From Callorhinchus milii (Eukaryota), in assembly GCF_018977255.1 (NCBI RefSeq), contig NW_024704743.1, positions 23,624,001 through 23,688,000 of the forward strand: a stretch of DNA of 64,000 bases, in the 5' to 3' direction. Below, piece after piece: positions 25,411-37,255 of this stretch. Position numbers and translations under genes: made by a program. Under the pieces are notes generated by a model. The model was not told the DNA's origin. It did not search any database and saw only the letters and a program-made list of their open reading frames with translations. Each line of letters opens with the position of its first letter. Position 1 is the stretch's first letter.

Positions 25411-25829
25411 CAAGTGTAGTCTTGCAAATATTTGAAGGGCAAGGAATCTATAGAGTGTAAACAAAATATTCCAAGACCTTCAGTGTTACGTAATATTGGC
25501 CATGTTACATTGCATCCTGGTGAACACACATGCTATAATAATGACAATCTGAATGTTACTTGTACATATTCTGATTTATTTTATATAATTTACATTATCT
25601 TTACCTATGTTTAAGTAAAATGAAGTATACACAAATGAAATAAGAATTCACTTCACTAGGTGTGACTGAGAAAGGAATTTTTAAAGAAAGGAAGAATGTA
25701 GCAAAGTTAATGATAAAAAGACAAATGGTTAGTTCCAAACTTACCAACTGTTGTGTACAGACAGAACATAGGCAAATCTGCAGGTGTGATGTATTTGAAG
25801 TAGAATAAGTAATATGTGGTTTATCTGAA
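24396..25829. repeat. Long inverted repeat: arms 24396-24809 and 25410-25829, 600-bp spacer
   Basis: Arms align as reverse complements along their length, e.g. CTTCTCAGTCACACCTAGTGA / TCACTAGGTGTGACTGAGAA and TTACGTAACACTGA / TCAGTGTTACGTAA. Confidence 0.95.
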
Positions 25830-26050
25830 GAAGGTACTAATCAGCAAAATATTAAATGTTGAGTTCATACCATGGAAAGGGAATCATACTAGAATTTTGT
25901 ACAAATAAAATGGACAACATCATATCAACACCATAGAAACGCATTTTATCTATCAAGAGTTGACATGTCCATCAGTGATCCAAACTTAATTTAAAAAACT
26001 ATTGGAATGTGAATGTATTAGATGTTATTCATTAATGTAGTCATCTCTCT
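25410..26050 (+). pseudogene. Second, inverted partial copy of the envelope-like sequence
   Basis: KGKESIECKQNIPRPSVLRNIGHVTLHP..NVTC..; CCVQTEHRQICRCDVF..ICGLSEE..IKC; extends past the left copy (NGQHHINT..YQELTCP). Confidence 0.6.
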
Positions 26051-26584
26051 TATACAAGTCAACCCTGAGACAGGTCCTTTCAACAAGGGAAGACTGTTTT
26101 TTTGGTATTTTTATGGTCGGTTGGTCGGTCAGGCTGTGCACCTGGCTGCACAGGCCACTGTACTGTCTGCACTGCTGTCGTGTGCAGCGGGCTGCCGACC
26201 ACAAGCCAACTTCGGTCCTTCCTCGCGCTAAGTGCAGTTGTCCAATTTGTCATCCATGAAGTAGGAAAGCTTGTAATTTAGATGATGGCAAGAAGACGAC
26301 CGCAACCCTGACAGCTTTCAGTGAGTCATTTAAAAGTGACAGACCAGCTATTAGTCGGGGTCAGGAAGTTCAGTCCCTGACATTTATGTTTGGTCCTTTC
26401 ACTGCTCTTGTAACTGAAGCACTCTTTTCAGTGTCACCTGGGAAGAGATGCTCTGGTGCACAGACAAAATGCATAAGATGCAGATGCAACTTGGAGCTTA
26501 GATCAAAAACTTGTACTCTATATTTTGCTCTTCAGATAGGATGGATGTCTAGAAATGCTTCACAGAGAACATAGGGTGTAACCA

Positions 26585-26608
26585 CCCCCCCCCCCCCCCC
26601 CCCCCCCC
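26585..26608 (+). repeat. Poly-C tract (24 nt)
   Basis: Read directly from the sequence. Confidence 0.95.
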
Positions 26609-26924
26609 GCAGCTTACCAGATTTTGCTTATCCAGAATTCCACCCAAGCAGAATCAGACCTGACATTGAAAATAGTTTAAAAATTCTGTGGGCCCGCGCG
26701 TGTTCAGACTCCCACCAGTCCAACTCTCCTAGCACTGTCAACACTGCACTGAGCAGTCTCACTCTCCTTGCTGGCCTTCACAACAGCCAAGGATATCGAC
26801 TTTGACTCAGAGTGAATCCCATGAGCAGAAAATAGCTTATTTGTTATCTAACCAACCGTTCACAACATTAAAATCCTGAAAAGGGCTTTTAGACATATCA
26901 GTAACATAAGGTGCTATATGTTCA

Positions 26925-27500
26925 AGGACTGAGCATCAACAGCCTTCTGGGGTAGAGAATTCCATAAATTCACTACCCTCTGAGTGAAGAAGTGTTTCCT
27001 CAACTCTGTTCGAAAAGACTGACCCTTAATCTTAAGTGACACCTAATTCTAGATTCTCCTACCAGGGGAAACAGTCACTCACTGTCTACTCTGTCAAGCC
27101 CATAAGAATCTTATGTTCCTGTCAGATCACCCCTAATTCTTCTATATTCTAGAGAATCTAGGCCTAGTTTACTCAACCTATCCTCATAGGTCAACACCCT
27201 CATCCCAGAAACTAACCTAGTGAATCTATGCTGCACCCCCTCTAAGACGAGTATCTCCTTTCTTAAATGAGATCAAAACTGCACACAATATTCTAGATGC
27301 AGTCTCACCAAGGCCCTATACAGTTGCAGCAAGATTTTCCTACTCTTGTATTCTACCCTTTTGCAATAAATGCCAACATGCCATTAGCCTTCCTGGTTGT
27401 TTGCTGTACCTGCATACTAACTTTTTGTGACTGGTGTACAAGGACACTATCTAGTCTCTCCCCCTGTTGAAAATAATCTGCTTTTCTGTTTTTACTAGGA
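26925..27500 (-). mobile_element. CR1 LINE 3' fragment
   Basis: Reverse strand: ANGMLAFIAK, LYRALVRLHLEYCVQF, LGLDSLEYRRIRGDL, HFFTQRVVNLWNSLP. Confidence 0.92.
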
Positions 27501-27654
27501 ATGAGACTAAGCCTTGAAAGAGCAGGAAGCATGAGCAGATTGCTTCATGGTATTGCTGAGATGACATTAGAGATTTACTGTCCATTTCTAATAGATTCTC
27601 GTAGTTCCTTTACGATCTTCCCACGGTATACAAATGTAATCTTGTTGTTGTTGA

Positions 27655-27980
27655 TGCCATAATCCATCCAAGAGGAGTAGACCGGCATCCTGCTCTAAGT
27701 CTAGCCAATACTACTCTCAGCATGATACTTTCTGTTGCAAATCTGTTTTTAGCCTACACAGGATTTTTTTTTCTATTAGGCGGGTGTATGATGCATGTGG
27801 AAAATCATCAGCATGCTTAAAAGTATCCAAACCAAACTGAGAATTCCACGTAATCATGAAAATTTCTATTTGTCCGGCATACCCTGCTCACCAAAACTAT
27901 TTGGCACAGATTGGCACCCAAAGCTTGGGGATCTTAGAATGCATGTTGGGGTTTAACCAGCTAAAATCATGTAATTTACA
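27655..27980 (-). mobile_element. RTE-like 5' fragment extending into the APE domain
   Basis: AGTATCCAAACCAAAC is shared with 35800-35815; reverse translation gives LCRLKTD..EQDAG(Y)SSW, resembling the RTE APE LxRLxxDI..EQGAGYTFFW. Confidence 0.5.
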
Positions 27981-28704
27981 ATTGCAAGCACTGTCTGATA
28001 ACCTTGTCATGGGGCTTGGATCACCCTACCTATTAGAGCTTCGGCTTGCAGCTTTTATCGGAACCGAGTGAGAGAATCCGTGCCCCCAGTTGCCCCTTGT
28101 TTTTGACTCAAAACTGTATACCCTGTAACTGCATATGTGTTTGCTATTCCTAAACTTGTTGATGGATGTCCTGTCCATCAGACATTGTGCTTGTGAGAAA
28201 TGTGCAATGAGTAACAAAGAAATTGCCTTTGAGTGCTGTTTCATTTCTACTTCTAGCACATGCTCTGTTCTCAACAGCCTTCTAATTTTGCTTTAGAATG
28301 TTGAATAATTCCCTTATAATTGCCTCATGGTTCACAGGAGGGTATTAACCTTCAGTGATCACATTGCAATGGTCTCTCCATCTTCATTCAGTGCACTTTA
28401 ACTGTCATTAGCACGGTGCTCAAAGTATTGAGTCTGTAGCACACACCGATACCCTAAGAGCACAGCACTGAAAGGCAATCACTGACTTAGAATAACGTGC
28501 TCTATGGGACTCCTTGTTCATTAGTCTTCTCTGAAAGCTGATAGCTTCTAGATAAGTCACAAGGAATTCCAGAGCCCATGTATTCTTGGCTGACACTCTA
28601 AGACAGTTCTGGATGTAAGGAAACTTTAGTTGTATTTAATGATGTAGTAGTATGCACATAATTTAGATGTTAAACAATTGTTTCCTTTATTACACTATAT
28701 AATG

Positions 28705-29010
28705 TTCAGCAGGCTCCAGCCTGCTCCATGTTTCCTCCCCTACCATCGGTGGCCGGGCTTTCAGCTTCCCTGCCCCCACACTCTGGAACTCCATTCCACA
28801 GCCTCTACACCTCGCTTCCTTCCTTGCCTCCTTCAAGGCTGGTCTCAAGACCCTTCTCTTCGACTGTACCTTTGGTCTCCCTCCCACCTCTCTGCCTTCC
28901 CTCACCCCTAAACCACTCCTCCCCCATGCTCAGACCCCGACAACAGACGTTTCAGTGCTTTGGGACGTCCTCCCGACGTGAAAGGTGCTCTATAAATGTA
29001 ATGTTGTTGT
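28705..29010 (+). mobile_element. L2 3' end
   Basis: PTIGGRAFS..PTLWNSIP..FKAGLKTLLF, 3' hairpin and TTGTTG tail. Confidence 0.92.
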
Positions 29011-29611
29011 ATAACAGTCAACAGTTATACAGAGAGTATTAAACCACTATCCTAGATGCAATAGTGATAGCAACCAGGTTTCAGAGGATTGGTTACTTTC
29101 TCTGGGAAAGTAGCAGGTAGCTGGGCATTGGTCAGATCTGCATCTCACTGATACTGACCAAAATTCCTTCATTTATACTCCCAAAATCCAACTTCTACGT
29201 ACAGAAAGGCAAGTATCAGAACTTCTTTGTCACCCGGGTCAGACATGTTTTGACCACAAAGTATGCCAATACTTGTTTCTTTTATGATACTGAGTGGGGT
29301 TAAGAGGTAAAATCAATAGTCTGTCACTCTATTGATTACAACACCCTAAAAGTCATAAAACGTTCTCAGTTGTGCTTCTGCCCTGGTTCAATTACAGATT
29401 CCGGTTGCAAACAATCATCCTTCAGGATGTGAACCACTTACTTAAGCACATAACAAAACCCATATGGTCATTCAGTTAACAGTATCAGCTAGCTTCATTT
29501 GTCCATTCTCCACATGAACTCTTGTGATCCCTCTTTCACAGGCCAGAGAGTTTGGATGTAGTCTTTGACCATTAGTGATTTTAACTATTTCTGTACGTGG
29601 TGGGTGAAGGG

Positions 29612-29856
29612 GTTGAAATTTTGGAAGATGTTGAAAGAAAAAAAATCCATCAAATGCAAGAGGTACCAGGAGGTATAATGCTTGTGCTTTGACTGAAGAG
29701 GATTGCAAAAATCCAAGCACCATTTGTCAGAGTGAATAGACAAAATAATAGACAAATCTGTTTTTGTTGTGGTTTAAGAAATTCCATCCTGACTCTCAAA
29801 TGTTTGAAGATTTTTGAAGACATTGAAAGAAAAAAAAATCCAGCAAATGCAGGAGG
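29612..29856 (+). repeat. ~50-bp direct repeat (29612-29663 and 29804-29856)
   Basis: TGAAATTTTGGAAGATGTTGAAAGAAAAAAAATCCATCAAATGCAAGAGG versus TGAAGATTTTTGAAGACATTGAAAGAAAAAAAAATCCAGCAAATGCAGGAGG. Confidence 0.7.
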
Positions 29857-30715
29857 AAGCGGCAAGGAGCCCTGATACATTCCACATAAAGCTTCGCAAA
29901 ACTCAATTACCCTCCAAGCCATCGAAGAATCCCTGGGCATTTTTTTGCACTTGTCTCAAGGCATTACAGGATATTATTCCTTTACTTATATTGGGGGTGC
30001 AAATTAAGAAATCTTTGGTTCTCTGCTTTTTTGTCAGCTTACTTTGCATCATTCCTCACTTGAACAATATCCTGTGAAAGAAATTAGCTGTTTAGCATAA
30101 GTACTGTGGAGCAGCAGGCTAGCGATGGAGGGGTGACAGTGACAGTCTTTTGATCAGGTGTCAAGTTCAAGTCACAGAGCTGCCTGTTACTGAACAAACT
30201 TTGGAATAGGAATACATTTTACAGTTATCAAGGAGGATGGTAGATAGAACAGTACGAGACTCTATATGGGGGGTGGTAGAAGGTGCCATAAGTGGACTTC
30301 CTATTGATCAACCACATGATGCTATTCACCGCCCTGACAGCAGGAATCTGAAAAAGATGAAAGGTGCATGTGAGACAGTTGGGGTTGCAAATAATTTCAA
30401 CTGATCAAAAACTCTTTCCTAAGAGGATTTTGAGAAAATAGTATGGGAGATGAACAAGCTGGGGTAAGGGTTTCACTACCATCCTCAGTTTAGGAATATA
30501 GGAATCACATTCAGCCCCTTGAGCTCATTCCATCAGTTTATTAGATCATGGCAGACAATGTGGTCGGGCAAGTTGAGCACAGGATGAGGGGGCAGAACAA
30601 ATAATCCAGCCTGATCCTTTTATCAGCCCAGGTTTGAAATGTCTCATGGTTTAAGCCTTCAAATCATTACCTTAACATTTAAGATTATACATAATTTTTG
30701 CAGATTTCTTATGCT

Positions 30716-30805
30716 GTCTTAATTTGGAAACAGGTTCCAGTTCTTAAAATGAACTGGATTCCAAATTAGGACTGAATTTCAATATTCAGTTATATCTTGA
30801 ATATT
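30716..30805. repeat. Tandem hairpins
   Basis: GTCTTAATTTGGAA / TTCCAAATTAGGAC (13/14) enclosing TCCAGTTC / GAACTGGA; second hairpin AATATTCA / TGAATATT. Confidence 0.7.
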
Positions 30806-31644
30806 AAGCATATGGAGCTCAGACTACAATATAAGAGATTTCAGACCACGTAGTTCCTAAACCCGCTCCTCAATCTCTCGTGTGAAACTGAGTTCTCTGA
30901 GACACCTCAGGGCTATCAGAAAATGTATAAAATATTGCTGGTCCGTTGGGTGATGCAGCCCACGTTAGTGTGTAAAGATTTATGATGTAAATAAGGGTCT
31001 CATTTATTTCCATTCTGCAATATTCATTTATTTTGCCAATGTTCCTCTGAAGCTCTCCTCAGACATTTAGAATTGATTGTAGTACAGACGGCTCTTCCAG
31101 ATATTAATTACAGATGAAGCAGTGTTAGAAGCTGGTGCCAATGCAGATTGGAGGAGTTTTCTGACATGTTTCTGTGCTGTGGATGAATCACTGCTTCAGA
31201 TGCCCTGAATTTCACTGTCATTTTTCACATGATTTTAGCTGACATTTGGGCCTCATCACAGTTTTTTCCCTCTGCCCACATAGTTTATGTTGGTGCAAGA
31301 AAAGGGATACAAGAGCAACAACATTTGTTTTCCTCTTTTTAATAAAAAAAAGTATTTACTCCGAGACTTTGTTTCCTTGTTGAGTGCTGGCATTAGGGGC
31401 TACTGTCTCTGTCTAGCAGAAGTTGAATGTCACCCTACAGTGAGGCAGGCAGCATCAAGCTCTCGGTGATGTTCTTACCCTCTTTGCAAGTGAAGGAGAA
31501 TTCATGAAGATGAAACCAGCTCTGCTCTTACCTAATGTGGAACCACAAGGGCTGATTGACCCTGCTCCATCTGCTGAACCCCACTCTGTCTTTACTGTGC
31601 TGAGTTGTGCCACTGAGCAACTTTTAGTCTTTTTGGTGTACAAT

Positions 31645-31982
31645 GTGCAGTCCTGTAGCTCAGTGGTTAGAGCACTTGCCTACTGGTGAAATGTTGGGCA
31701 AGTTTCCTTACTCCACGTGCCTCTGTTTACTTAACAGTAAGTAGGGATCTGGTTGTTAGTTGATTGGCGAATTGCTTTTCGAGGGTAATAAGTCCTTCAA
31801 ACAAATAATAATAAATTGGTCACTTCAAATCACGACTGTTTGTGGGACACCGCTGCGTGCAGTTGGCTGCCACATTTCACCCACAAAATATACAGTCACT
31901 TCCTTTTACAGTATAGTCTGTGACACTCTTTGAGTCGTCTTGATGATATAAGGCACTATATCAAATGGAAGGTTTATTATTA
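31645..31982 (+). mobile_element. tRNA-derived SINE (B-box region deleted)
   Basis: GTCCTGTAGCTCAGTGGTTAGAGCAC head; body and tail as 12767-13156. Confidence 0.9.
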
Positions 31983-32227
31983 CAACACATCACAACCTGG
32001 AAGTAGACTGCATTTGGTGCTGTAGCATAGTTACTTTTTGAGGCTAATATTCCCATGGGTTAAAGGAACAATGAACCTTATGTAATGATGGGATCTTACA
32101 CATGTAACAATGGAAGTGTTTCAAAGCGCTTCACAGGAAATTGCTGTCAAGTATGTTAAATATCACTAAACCAACAAAGCCACATGCTAAGTCAGATAGT
32201 GTATTCAAATATAGTTATTAAAAGTAC

Positions 32228-32345
32228 TTCCCTTCCCTCCCCCTGACCATTTCCCCCTTGCTCGGGTCCTGACCCAACTGTACAGCGCCTTGGGACGTCC
32301 TCCCACCGTGAAAGGCGCTCTATAAATGGATCTTGTTGTTGTTGT
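32228..32345 (+). mobile_element. Very short L2 3' end, same subfamily as 6959 and 63323
   Basis: CCCTGACCATTTCCCCC..GGGTCCTGACCCAACTGT..(TTG)n. Confidence 0.9.
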
Positions 32346-32614
32346 AAACGTGTCTCATTACTGCTATAACAAAAGTACCCTGGGAAAGCTGTAGAGGTAT
32401 CAATTGGGTTGTTGAAAGGTAGAAAGATGGAGCTTCGGAAGTGAAGGTAATAATAATAATCCTTGCATTTGAAGGTACTGGGAAAAGGCAAGGAAATGGA
32501 ATTAAAATATCAGCCTTGATCCAACAAACTGGCTTGAATGAATGCACTCCTGCTGTTCCTATACACATTAAATAGGGCATCTTTCCTACCCCACATCCAT
32601 CCTTAATAAGGACC

Positions 32615-33237
32615 ACTTTTCTCCACCTCCGTCACATTGCCCGCTTCTGGCCAGACCTCACACCAAATACAGCCAAAACCCTTGTCCACACATTCATCAC
32701 TTCTCACTTTGATTATTCCAATACCCTCCTTGATGGTCTCCCCAGCTCCACAATCTACAAAATCCAACTAATTCAAAACTCTGCTGCCCATATATTCATC
32801 TGCTCTAAACTCCATACAGCATCACACCAGTCTTCACCAGATTTCACCGGCTTCGTATCGCAGAACGGATCAAACTTAAGATCCTCACAATCAAATCCCT
32901 TCACACCCTAGTACTGCCCTACTTCTCCGACTGATTTACTCCCCACTTCACCAGTGGGTTGCTCAGCTGGGTCTGGTCTCGTGCTTGTACCTCAGTCTTG
33001 TCGTTCCATGATTGGTGGCTGTGCTTCCAGCAACTTCTCCCCAAAAGTCTGGAACACTCTCCCTCAATCCCTCCGTCTTGCCCCATCTTTCCCCTTTTTT
33101 TTCAGATAATGCCTGATTCTTCCTCTTCCACTAAATTTGTAGTCACCTCCCCTCTCTTCCCGGATCGGCATCAGGCTCTGCCACTGTTAAGTACTTCAAG
33201 ACTCTACCCTAAGTGCTATATAAATGCAAGTTGTTGT
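32615..33237 (+). mobile_element. Older L2 LINE 3' portion
   Basis: FLHLRHIARFWP.LT..AKTLVHTFITSHFDYSNTLL.GLP..IYKIQLIQNSAA. Confidence 0.88.
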
Positions 33238-34289
33238 AAATATTACAGAAGAAAGATTTAAACCACCAAAAATTCGACAACCAGACCCAAAGACCAATTG
33301 GAGCATTCCTTTCCAATGAATCTAAATAAAACTCCCCCACCTTCACCTGGTATAATATCACTCATTCACCACCTGAAAGACAGCACTAAAACCCACAGAG
33401 CTCAAAGCTTTTTATAATTATTGCTCTATATTAAGTCCTGTCTGTTGCTTTTTGAGGGACGTTTGCAAATGATCAATGGTTATACAAGGAATCTTACTAG
33501 ATTATATTCAACATAAGCCAACATATCCACCTGTTTTAGTGAGATGTTTTTAAGCAATAGCGCTTTAATAACTGTTTAATGATGCATTAATATACTTAAG
33601 CAATGTCTAATATTGAGCATAATTACTGATATAGGTGCCCCTCTGAATGCATGAACACATTCAATTCATACTTCTAATTGGCAAGCATGATTACATTTTG
33701 GTAGCCTCAAAAGAGAGGGAAGGAGAGAGAGACCATCTTAGGTTCATAACCATTTTGCATTATGACAATATCACATGACATCTTTTACTTTCTTATGTAC
33801 AGTGTGAGTCTGAGACCAGTGATAGAACCCATTGCTCTAAAAATGGCTGAACCATAGAATTAATGTAAAAGCAAATGAAACTTGTCAACAGATCGTGAGC
33901 AGTGTGAGGATGAACCATGTTGGAATTGTGTTTGGGTACTGGAGGTTCAGGATCAATTTCTTGTTTTTTTTATATTTAATATTCCCCGAGTACGAAATAG
34001 TGACATCCACAAAGCCGGGACCCTGGCATTCGATTGCTGCTTAGCAGCTTTATTAAAGAGACGCAGAGTAAAGCTGCTATTTTAACCTGTGGTTAGAGCA
34101 CTCACCTTGCAAGGAGAGGGCTTGGGTTCAAATCAGTTCACTTCACAGTATATTCTGTGAAGCGCTTTGACATGCCTCAATGACGTGATGAGGCGCTATG
34201 TCAAGTAATATTATTAGCATTATTGGCCCTCACTGTGGCATTACCATTGTTTTATATCTAGTTTGTCATAACATACTAGATATTCTAAC

Positions 34290-34580
34290 CTATAACCCAG
34301 AAATATCTATTTTAAGTGTTTCACAGGTAGTTGCTGTTAATGGGTTGACTGTATATTTTGTAGGCAAACTCGACAACCAATTTGCAGATAGTCATAAGGT
34401 AAATGAACAATTTACCAGGAGGATTCTTGACTAGGGTACCAGGAAGAACTGTCTTCTCTTTTTAAATATTGTCATGGGATCTTTAACTTTCCACCTAACC
34501 AAGCAGGTAGGATATTGGTATAACGCTTGATCTAAAAGTCAGCACTGCTGTCAATGCAGCACTGTGCTGGGATTCAATTC
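34290..34580 (-). mobile_element. Deu-domain SINE fragment
   Basis: TGTCATGGGATCTTTAAC...TAACGCTTGATCTAAAAG, reverse of the Deu motif order. Confidence 0.65.
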
Positions 34581-35739
34581 ATCTGAATGCAAAAAGGTGA
34601 ATATTATATTTTTGGATGAAGGTCCATTGGTCCTGAGCAGCATTATTCAGATGGGGCTTTCTCATTCTTGCACAGTGAACAGGCAGGTTATTACAGTAAA
34701 TAAGGAGACAGCAGTGAAATTTTTGAGTGTTGTGAATGAAAACTATACAATGGCTTATCAGGAGCATTAGAGACACTCAACCGCATGCCTGGGCTTCACT
34801 AGCTAGGGAATTGGTATTTCTTGGAAGATGTGAGACTGGGCTTACTTGGCTGTATCCACAGTTGAAATTACTTCGCTAAACCAAAAGATGGATCTAAACT
34901 GCAGATTGTCTTTGCATTACTAAGTGACACTTCCATTACCACATTGTCAGAGGCTGGGGGGTTCACATGGTGTATAGTTGCACTGCAGAATGTCCCCATA
35001 AACAAGTCATTTCAAGGTTTATTGATATTCTGGTTTTCATTAAGGGCAGATAATATTGTTTGGTATCAGTACAAACATCAGGCTGACCTCAGATACATTT
35101 TGATGTTCCTATGTACTATGAAGCAGCACAAGAAAATGAAGATAATTTACTGTCAAGTCAAAGATATATGATGTGTAATAAAATTGTAAAGCTGCAGGGG
35201 TTTGCATTTAGTGTTTGAAAGAATCCTAAAGCAGAGTGTTCAGAGGATGTGGAGCATTAAATTAAGTGCTCAGGATGGGAAATAATGAATTATTGGATTC
35301 TAAACCTCAAAGAACAAAACAGAGGTGTAACATAGTTTCAAAGTTTCAGTTTTTTTTGCTTTACATTTCTTTTTACTTAGTTTTACTTCTGTTACTTAGT
35401 TCAGCATGAAACACTCCACACTTCCCATACACCAAAGCCTTTAAAGCTGTGTTCACTCTGTCCATGTGGGGGCTCTAAACGTGGGTATTTGCAAACCAGA
35501 TTTGTTAATTGTGACTTGTGGTTTAGAAAATTCACAGCCCGCAGGACCCAAGCTGGCAAAGTCTAACAAAATATGCCAGCAAACAAAATTGCCATCCCTT
35601 GCCCACCACCACATATTCAGAGTTTGCTGACTTAGGATTCACAATTTGCTGGCCACGAATTTAACTATAAGATTTAAACTCCAAGCTCACAAGAGCATCC
35701 TCTTTTGTCACATTTTCTTTTCTCCCATTGGCCTCTCTG

Positions 35740-36290
35740 GGTTTGTTTTGGTTAGCTGAATGGCTGACACTTGCAGAAACCCATCACCATGCTTCAGAGT
35801 ATCCAAACCAAACAGTTCCAAGCATTCCACCTACACTTGGAAATTCCAGGGGTATTTATTGCATCTCTCCCTGGAGGGATACATCCTGATTATCTAATTC
35901 TAGGAAATATTAGGCATAAGCTGGTAAGCTGGTAAGAGCCAAGGCTTGGAGACCCCATTATGTGTGTTGGGGTACTGCTGGAGTCTAACCAGCTTAAACT
36001 GCATAACTTGCCATTGAGAGCACTTTAAGCTTTCATGCTGCTTGTCCAGCGAGGACCACCCCACCCATCAGGCTTACAGAGTTAGGGGAGCTGAGTGGGA
36101 TGACTCCCTGCCCCAGTGACTAGTCTGCCCTTCCAAGCCTTGCTGATGAGCCAGGCTGGCTGTGCTGTCATCTGCAGTGCCCTGGAATACTGTGGACCAG
36201 CCCGGCTCAGGAACCGGACTACAGAGGGCTGGCTTGATTCTGACATTCCATTGCCAAACACGTCACATTGGAGCCAGTTCAGCTCCACTT
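35740..36290 (-). mobile_element. RTE-like element 5' region
   Basis: Reverse complement is colinear with 6940-6958 plus 7910-8440 (GGAGCTGAACTGGCTCC, GTATTCCAGGGCAC, GTGCTCTCAATGGCAAG, GGTCTCCAAGCCTTGGCTCTT, TTTGGTTTGGATACTCT). Confidence 0.7.
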
Positions 36291-36477
36291 CCCTCCCCTC
36301 ACACACACACACACACACAAAGGGGACAGTCATGAATGGGTCATTCGACATCCAACAAGCTGGGTTTGAGACCTCACTGGATGGATAGCAGGTATCAGGA
36401 ACTTCCTGCAAGTTTCCTGTTGGGCAACACAGCTCGGTATGAAGTGTGTGAGAGTATTGTCACCATGGGCAATTGAG

Positions 36478-36866
36478 GGAATAATAATAATCCTTGCATT
36501 TGATATAGCGCCTTATCACATCTTTGGGATGTCTCAAAATGCTTCACAGAATATACTGCAAAGTGAATTAACTGTGTATTTTGTGGGTGAAACACGACAG
36601 CCAATTATGCACAGCAGTGTCCCACAAACAGTTGTGGAGTGAGTGACCAAATTATTATTATTGTTTTGTGGGGGAGGGATTATTATCCCTGGAAAGCAAT
36701 CTGCCAATCGACTAACAACCAGGTTCCTACTTACTGCTGGGTAAGCAGAGGTGTGTGGAGTAAGGAAACTTGCCTAAGGTTGCGCCCTGCCCGAGAAATC
36801 AAACCCGGGTCTCTCACTTGTGAGACGAGTGCTCTAACCACCAGCTGTGGGATTCCACAGACTATG
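36478..36866 (-). mobile_element. Full-length tRNA-derived SINE
   Basis: Reverse of 12767-13156, including the A/B-box head. Confidence 0.9.
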
Positions 36867-36867
36867 C

Positions 36868-37255
36868 AACAACAACACCTTGGATTTATATAGTGCCCTC
36901 CACACTGGCGGGGTCTCAGAGCGCTTCACAGTAACGGATCCCGGGGCCGAGCCAGGGGGAGGGGGGTGAAGGTGACCAAAGGCGTGGTTGAAAAGAAAGG
37001 TCTTCAGCTGAGACCTGAAAATAGGAAGAGAGGGGGCGAGGCGAAGGGAGTGAGGAAGGAAGTTCCAGAGCTTCGGGGTGTATTGGCTGAAGGCACGGCC
37101 GCCAATGGTGGAGCGGAGGATTCAGGGGACAAGGAGGAGGCCAGACCCGGTGGAACAAAGGAAACGGGCACTGTTTTGAGGAGAGAGGAGGTCAGAGAGG
37201 TAGGGGGTGCAGGGGAGTGGATAGATTTGAAGACAAGGGTGAGGATCTTGAAGTC
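36868..37255 (-). mobile_element. L2 3' portion, same subfamily as the insert at 5499-5712
   Basis: DFKILTLVFKSIH, (CAA)n tail and GGATCCCGGGGCCGAGCC 3' UTR. Confidence 0.9.

Noticed and set aside
24396..25829. Penelope-like element or long-TIR transposon as the explanation of the inverted repeat
   Set aside because: No GIY-YIG, RT or transposase motifs and no TSD were seen; the spacer is continuous coding sequence with the left arm.
29814..30077. Processed pseudogene from ORF 29814-30077
   Set aside because: No recognised homolog; the repeated unit resembles a decayed SINE tail.
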